From Eledone cirrhosa (Eukaryota), in assembly GCA_964016885.1 (NCBI GenBank), contig OZ024743.1, forward strand, positions 306,528,001 through 306,592,000: a stretch of DNA of 64,000 bases. Reading direction: 5' to 3'. A program made the position numbers and the translations under genes. How positions within the stretch are numbered: position 1 is the first letter of the stretch; the number at the start of each line of letters is the position of its first letter. Of the stretch, positions 53,579 to 64,000 are shown piece by piece. The notes below the pieces were generated by a model. The model saw only the letters and a program-made list of their open reading frames with translations, was not told where the DNA came from and made no database searches.

Positions 53579-53636
<58 letters not shown>

Positions 53637-54069
53637 CGACTTGTAGAGATATGGAAGAGGGGTGGGTGGGGTGAACTGGTAATTGAAAGAAAGAAGTGTT
53701 TGTTGTTTGTGGGAACTGGTGTAGTAGTTGCTGTGGAGACCAGGCTGTGATTGACAGTTGCAAAACTATAGGGACTTATTGAGTTTTCACACCTGGATAT
53801 TGCGAATCTGGGGTCTGGGGTCAGATTGCCAGATATGTTAGTCAGCGGGCACTGGTGGGAATCATAGTGGTTTAAGCCTGATGATGATGATGGTGTGGTG
53901 GTGGTGGTGGTGTATGTGGTGGTGGTGGCGGTGTAGGTGGTGCTGGTGCAGGCGGTAGTGGTGGTCACGGCCGTTGGATCATCTCTCTTGTTTTATTTGA
54001 TATCATCATACAATAACTCTTTTAAAGTTAGAGGATGTCTTCGGTGACGTCGGAGTGAAGGAATGTTAG

Positions 54070-54312
54070 GGAAGAAGAGGGGGAGGAGGGGTTAGAGAAG
54101 AAGAGGGAGAGGAGGGGTTAGAGAAGAAGAGGGAGAGGAGGGGTTAGAGAAGAAGAGGGAGAGGAGGGGTTAGAGAAGAAAAGAGAAAGGAGTGGTTAGA
54201 GAAGAAGTGGGAGAGGAGGGGTTAGAGAAGAAGTGGGAGAGGAGGGATTAGAGAAGAGGGAGAGGAGGGGTTAGAGAAGAAGAGGGAGAGAGGAGGGGTT
54301 AGAGAAGAAGAG
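54070..54312. repeat. ~23-bp purine-rich minisatellite (GGGAGAGGAGGGGTTAGAGAAGAAGA)
   Basis: About 10 tandem units. Confidence 0.85.
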
Positions 54313-54550
54313 AGAGAGGGGGTGCATGGGAGGAGTGAGATATGAGTGACTGAGACAGCGAGAAGAAGAAAAGAGAGAGAGGTGGACAAAGACAGGGACA
54401 GAGGTAGAGAGAGAGAGGTAGAGTGAAACAGAAAGAGAAAGAGAGTGAGGGGCTAGCGTGAGAGAGAGAAGTAGCGTGAGAGCGAGAGTGAGAGAGAGAA
54501 AGAGAGAGAGAGCTAAAGATTTCATTCTCTGAAACAAATGTCAAACACAA

Positions 54551-57394
54551 ATACTCATACTCATACTCATACTCATACTCATACACATACTCATACACAT
54601 ACTCATACACATACTCGTACACATACTCATACTCATACTCATACTCATACACATACTCATACACATACTCATGCACATACTCACACTCATACTCATACTC
54701 ATACACATACTCATACTCATACTCATACTCATACTCATACTCATACACATACTCATACTCATACTCATACTCATACACATACTCATACACATACTCATAC
54801 TCATACACATACTCATACACATACTCATACTCATACTCATACTTATACTCATACTCATACACATACTCATACTCATACTCATACTCATACTCATACACAT
54901 ACTCATACACATACTCATACACATACTCATACACATACTCATACTCATATTCATACTCATACACATACACATACTCATACACATACTCATACTCATACTC
55001 ATACTCATACACATACTCATACACATACTCATACTCATACTCATACTCATACTCATACTCATACTCATACTCATACACATACTGATACACATACTCATGC
55101 ACATACTCACACTCATACTCATACACATACTCATACTCATACTCATACACATACTCATACTCATACTCATACACATACTCATACACATACTCATACTCAT
55201 ACACATACTCATACACATACTCATACTCATACTCATACTCATACACATACACTTACACATACACATACTCATACTCATACTCATACTCATACTCATACAC
55301 AAACTCATACACATACTCATACTCATACACATACTCATACGCATACTCATACACATACTCATACTCATATTCATACACATACACATACTCATACGCATAC
55401 TCATAATCATACACATACTCATACTCATACACATACTCATTCACATACTCATACTCATACTCATACTCATACTCATACTCACACACATACTCATACTCAT
55501 ACTCATACTCATACACATACTCATACACTTACTCATACTCATACTCATACTCATACACATACTCATACACATACTCATACACTTACTCATACACATACAC
55601 ATAATCATACTCATACTCATACTCATACTCATACACATACACATACTCATACTCATATTCTTACTCATACACATACACATACTCATACACTTACTCATAC
55701 GCATACTCATACTCATACTCATACTCATAAACATACTCATACACATACTCATACTCATACACATACACAAACTCATACACAAACTCATACACATACTCAT
55801 ACACATACTCATATTCATACTCATACACATACACATACTCATACACATACTCCTACTCCTACTCATACTCATACACATACACATACTCATACACATACTC
55901 ACACTCATTTACATACTCATACTCATACACATACTCATACACATACTCATACACATACTCATACACATACTCATACTCATACAAATATACATACTCATAC
56001 TCATACACATACACATACTCATACACATACACATACAAATACACATACTGCTACTCCTACTCATACACATACTCATACTCATATACATACTCATACTCAT
56101 ACTCATACACATACTCATACACATACTCATACTCATACACATACTCATAATCATACTCATACTCATACTCATAAACATACTCATACGCATACATATACTC
56201 CTACTCCTACTCATACTCATACACATACTCATACTCATACTCCTACACATACACATACACATACTCCAACTCATACTCATATTCATACACATACTCATAC
56301 ACATACACATACACATACGCATACACATACTCATACTCCTACTCATACACATACACATACTCATACACATAGTCATACTCATACACATATTCATACTCAT
56401 ACACATACTCATACTCATACACATACACATACACATACACATACTCATACTCATACTCATACTCATACTCATACTCATACACATACTCATACTCATACAC
56501 ATATACATACTCATACACATACACATACTCATACTCATACTCATACACATACTCATACTCATACACATACTCATACACATACTCCTACTCATACTCATAC
56601 ACATACTCATACTCATACTCATACACATACTCCTACTCATACTCATACACATACTCATACTCATACACATACACATACTCTTACCCCTACTCATACTCAT
56701 AATCATACTGATACACATACACATACTCATACCCATAGACATACTCATACTTATACTCATACACATACACATACACATACTCCTACTCATACTCATACAC
56801 ATACTCATACTCATACACATACACATACTCTTACTCATACTCATACTCATAATCATACTCATACACATACACTAACACATACTCATACTCATACTCATAT
56901 TCATACTCATAATCATACTCATACACATGCACTAACACATACTCATACTCATAATCATACTCATACACATACACTAACACATACTCATACACATACACAT
57001 AATCCTACTCATACTCATACTCATACTCATACACATACTCATACTCATACTCAGACACATACACTTACAGATACTCATACTCATACACATACTCTTCCTC
57101 ATACACATACACATACACATACTCATACTCATACTCATACTCATACTCATACACATACTCATACTCACACACATACACATACACATACACATACTCACAC
57201 TCATACACATACTCATACACATACTCATACTCATACACATACTCATAATCATACTCATACTCATACTCATACACATACTCATACGCATACACATACTCCT
57301 ACTCATACTCATACTCATACACATACTCATACTCATACTCATACACATACACATACACATACTCCTACTCATACTCATAGTCATACACATACTC

Positions 57395-57425
<31 letters not shown>

Positions 57426-57838
57426 TACTCATACTCCTACTCATACACATACACATACTCATACACATAGTCATACTCATACACATATTCATACTCATAC
57501 ACATACTCATACTCATACACATACACATACTCATACTCATACTCATACTCATACTCATACACATATTCATAGTCATACACTTGCTCATACTCATACACAT
57601 ACTCATACTCATACACATACTCATACACATACTCATACTCATACACATACACATACTCATAGTCATACTCATACACATACTCATACACATACACATACAA
57701 ATACACATACTGCTACTCCTACTCATACACATACTCATACTCATATACATACTCATACTCATACTCATACACATACTCATACACATACTCATACACATAC
57801 TCATACACATACTCATACACATACTCATACTCATACTC

Positions 57839-57875
<37 letters not shown>

Positions 57876-59332
57876 TACTCATACTCATACTCATACTCAT
57901 AATCATGCTGATACACATACACATACACATACACATACTCATACTCATACTCATATACATACTGATACTCATACTCATATTCATACAAATACACATACTC
58001 ATACACATACTCATACTCATACACATACTCATACACATACACATACACATACTCATACACTTACTCATACTCATACTCATACTCATACTCATACACATAC
58101 TCATACACATACTCATACTCATACTCATACACATACACAAACTCATACACATACACATACTCATACTCATACTCATACTCATACACTTACTCATACTCAT
58201 ACACATACACATACTCATACACATACACAAACTCATACACATACTCATATTCATACTCATACTCATACTCATACACATACTCATACACATACACATATTC
58301 ATATACATACACATACTCATACTCATACTCCTACTCATAATCATACTCATACACATACACATACTCATACACATACTCACATTCATTTACATACTCATAC
58401 TCATACACATACTCATACATATACTCATACTCATACACATACTCATACTCATACTCATATACATACTCATACACATACTCATACACATACTCATACTGAT
58501 ACACATACTCATATACATACTCATACTCATACTCATACTCATACACATACACATACTCATACACATACTCATACTGATACACATACACATACTCATACAC
58601 ATACTCATACTCATACTCATACTCATACACATACTCACACTCATACAAATACAAATACTCCTACTCCTAATCATACTCATATTCATACTCATACTCATAC
58701 TCATACACATACTCATACTCAAACACATACTCATACATATACACATACTCATACTCATAGACATACTCATACTCATACTCATATTCATACACATACACAT
58801 ACACATACTCATACTCATACTCATAATGCTACTCATACACATACACTAACACATACTCATACTCATACTCATATTCATAATCATACTCATACACATACAC
58901 TAACACATACTCATACTCATAATCATTCTCATACACTAACACATACTCATACACATACACATAATCCTACTCATACTCATACTCATACACATACTCATAC
59001 TCATACTCATACACATACACATACTCATACTCCTACACATACTCTTACTCATACACATACACATACTCATACTCGTACACATACACATACTCATACACAT
59101 ACTCATACTCACACACATACACATACACATACTCATACTCATACACATACTCATACACATACTCATACTCATACACATACTCATAATCATACTCATACTC
59201 ATACTCATACACATACTCATACGCATACACATACTCCTACTCATACTCATACTCATACTCATACACATACTCATACTCATACACATACATATACACATAC
59301 TCCTACTCATACTCATATTCATACACATACTC

Positions 59333-59363
<31 letters not shown>

Positions 59364-62300
59364 TACTCATACTCCTACTCATACACATACACATACTCAT
59401 ACACATAGTCATACTCATACACATACTCATACTCATACACATACACATACACATACACATACTCATGCTCATACTCATACTCATGCTCATACTTATACTC
59501 ATACACATACACATACTCATACTCATACACTTACTCATACTCATACAGATACTCATACTCATACACATACTCATACACATACTCATACTCATACACATAC
59601 ACATACACATACTCATAGTCATACTCATACACATACTCATACTCATACACATAAACATACTCATACACATACAGATACAAATACACATACCGCTACTCCT
59701 ACTAATACACATGCTCATACTCATATACATACTCATACTCATACTCATACACATACTCATTCACATACTCATACACATACTCATACACATACTCATACAC
59801 ATACTCATACTCATACACATACTCATACTCATATTCATACACATACTCCTACTCATACTCATACACATACTCATACTCATACACATACACATACTCTTAC
59901 TCCTACTCATACTCATAATCATACTGATACACATACACATACTCATACCCATAGACATACTCATACTCATACTCCTACTCATACTCATACACATACTCAT
60001 ACTCATACACATACACATACTCTTACTCATACTCATACTCATAATCATACTCATACACATACACTAACACATACTCATACTCATAATCATACTCATACAC
60101 ATACACTAACACATACTCATACACATACACATAATCCTACTCATACTCATACTCATACACATACTCATATTCATACTCAGACACATACACATACAGATAC
60201 TCATACTCATACACATACTCTTACTCATACACATACACATACACATACTCATACTTATACTCATACTCGTACTCGTACTCATACTCATACACATACTCAT
60301 ACTCATACTCGTACACATACACATACACATACTCATACTCATACACATACTCATACTCACACACATACACATACACATACACATACTCACACTCATACAC
60401 ATACTCATACACATACTCATACTCATACACATACTCATAATCATACTCATACTCATACTCATACACATACTCATACGCATACACATACTCCTACTCATAC
60501 TCATACTCATACACATACACATACTCATACTCATACACATACACATACACATACTCCTACTCATACTCATATTCATACACATACTCATACACATACACAT
60601 ACACATACACATACTCATACTCCTACTCATACACATACACATACTCATACACATAGTCATACTCATACACATATTCATACTCATACACATACTCATACTC
60701 ATACACATACACATACACATACACATACTCATACTCATACTCATACTCATACACATATTCATACTCATACACTTGCTCATACTCATACACATACTCATAC
60801 TCATACACATACTCATACACATACTCATACTCATACACATACACATACTCATAGTCATACTCATACACATACTCATACTCATACACATACACATACTCAT
60901 ACACATACACATACACATACAAATACACATACACATACTCATACTCATATACATACTCATACTCATACTCATACACATACTCATACACATACTCATACAC
61001 ATACTCATACACATACTCATACACATACTCATACTCATACTCATACACATACACATACACATACACATACTCATACTCATACTCATACTCATAATCATGC
61101 TGATACACATACACATACACATACTCATACTCATACTCATATACATACTGATACTCATACTCATATTCATACAAATACACATACTCATACACATACTCAT
61201 ACTCATACACATACTCATACACATACACATACACATACTCATACACTTACTCATACTCATACTCATACTCATACACATACACAAACTCATACACATACTC
61301 ATATTCATACTCATACTCATACTCATACACATACTCATACACATACACATACTCATATACATACACATACTCCTACTCATACTCATACTCATACACATAC
61401 ACATACACATACTCATACACATACTCACACTCATTTACATACTCATACTCATACACATACTCATACATATACTCATACTCATACTCATACTCATACACAT
61501 ACTCATACTCATACTCACATACATACTCATACTCATACTCATACTCATACTCATACTCATACACATACACATACTCATACACATACTCATACTGATACAC
61601 ATACTCATATACATACTCATACTCATACTCATACACATACTCATACTCATACTCATACTCATACTCATACACATACTCACACTCATACAAATACACATAC
61701 TCCTACTCCTACTCATACTCATATTCATACTGATACTCATACACATACACATACTCATACTCATACTCATACACATACTCAGACTCATACACATACTCAT
61801 ACACATACACATACTCATACTCATACACATACATATACTCATACACATACTCACACTCATTTACATACTCATACTCATACACATACTCATACTCATACTC
61901 ATACACATACTCATACTCATACTCATACACATACACATACTATTACTCATACTCATACTCATAATCATACTCATACACATACACTAACACATACTCATAC
62001 TCATACTCATACTCATACTCATACTCATACTCATAATCATACTCATACACATACACTAACACATACTCATACTCATAATCATACTCATACACATACACTA
62101 ACACATACTCATACACATACACATACTCGTACACTTACTCATACTCATACTCATAGTCATACTCATACACATACTCATACACATACTCATACTCATACAC
62201 ATACACAAACTCATACACATACACATACTCATACTCATATTCATACTCATACTCCTACTCATACACATACACATACTCATACACATAGTCATATTCATAC

Positions 62301-64000
62301 ACATATTCATACTCATACACATACTCATACTCATACACATACACATACACATACACCTACTCATACTCATACTCATACTCATACTCATACACATACTCAT
62401 ACTCATACACATATACATACTCATACACATATTTATACTCATACTCATACTCATATACATACTCATACTCATACTCATACTCATACTCATACTCATACTC
62501 ATACTCATACTCATACACATACACATACTCATACACATACTCATACGCATACTCATACTCATACACAGACATACTCATGCACATACTCACACTCATTTAC
62601 ATACTCATACACATAGACATACTCATACTCATACTCATACTCATACACATACTCACACTCATACACATACACATTCTCCTACTCCTACTCATACACATAC
62701 TCATACACATACACATACACATACTCCCACTCATACACATACTCATAATCATACTCATACTCATACACATACTCATACACATACACATACTCATACTCAT
62801 AGACATACTCATACTCATACTCATAATGCTACTCATACACATACACTAACACATACTCATACTCATACTCATATTCATAATCATACTCATACACATACAC
62901 TAACACATACTCATACTCATAATCATACTCATACACTAACACATACTCATACACATACACATAATCCTACTCATACTCATACTCATACACATACTCATAC
63001 TCATACTCATACACATACACATACTCATACTCCTACACATACTCTTACTCATACACTTACACATACTCATACTCATACTCATACTCATACTCATACTCAT
63101 ACTCATACACATACTCATACTCATACTCGTACACATACACATACTCATACACATACTCATACTCACACACATACACATGCACATACTCACACTCATACAC
63201 ATATTCATACACATACTCATACTCATACACATACTCATAATCATACTCATACTCATACTCATACACATACTCATACGCATACACATACTCCTACTCATAC
63301 TCATACTCATACTCATACACATACATATACACATAATCCTACTCATACTCATATTCATACACATACTCATACACATACACATACACATACACATACTCAT
63401 ACTCCTACTCATACACATACACATACTCATACACATAGTCATACTCATACACATACACATACACATACAGATACACATACTCATGCTCATACTCATACTC
63501 ATGCTCATACTTATACTCATACACATACACATACTCATACTCATACACTTACTCATACTCATACAGATACTCATACTCATACACATACTCATACTCATAC
63601 TCATACACATACTCCTACTCATACTCATACACATACTCATACTCATACACATACACATACTCTTACTCCTACTCATACTCATAATCATACTGATACACAT
63701 ACACATACTCATACCCATAGACATACTCATACTCATACTCATACACATACACATACACATACTCCTACTCATACTCATACACATACTCATACTCATACAC
63801 ATACACATACTCTTACTCATACTCATACTCATAATCATACTCATACACATACAATAACACATACTCATACTCATACTCATATTCATACTCATAATCATAC
63901 TCATGCACATACACTAACACATACTCATACTCATAATCATACTCATACACATACACTAACACATACTCATACACATACACATAATCCTACTCATACTCAT
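54551..64000. repeat. Hexamer satellite (CATACT/CATACA)n with higher-order repeat structure; continues past the window end
   Basis: >9.4 kb array in which diagnostic variants recur at ~3.2 and ~4.0 kb spacing. Confidence 0.96.

Noticed and set aside
54538-62616. 2692-aa His-Thr ORF
   Set aside because: The CAT-ACN hexamer repeat lacks stops in this frame by construction. There is no signal peptide or unique domain, so it is treated as satellite.

Overview
Repeat-dominated, AT-rich animal genomic DNA. The dense (TA)n/(CA)n microsatellites and a recurrent tRNA-type SINE suggest a cephalopod such as Octopus (inference). No host protein-coding gene is confidently supported, and most ORF-track calls are microsatellite artefacts. 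Both ends are satellite arrays: a GGT-rich 30-mer at 1-3.8 kb and a CATACT/CATACA hexamer array with kb-scale higher-order repeats at 54.5-64 kb. The 10-38 kb core is a cluster of at least six unrelated Penelope-like retroelements (PLEs; RT plus GIY-YIG), most abutting (TA)n tracts. One is near-intact and very young (25989-32795), with inverted and tandem pseudo-LTRs, an Asn-rich insertion and a single C7 frameshift. Reading by eye finds about 14 type I hammerhead-ribozyme motifs from about 10 sequence families. These include U3-A8 core variants, motifs with large loop-II inserts and putative pseudoknots, and ORF-less 430-470 nt terminally redundant hammerhead mini-elements (retrozyme-like) that mimic the PLE fold-back/tandem architecture. 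Helitron remnants, a decayed RTE-type LINE and SINEs are also present. All RNA folds were derived manually and need computational and experimental confirmation.
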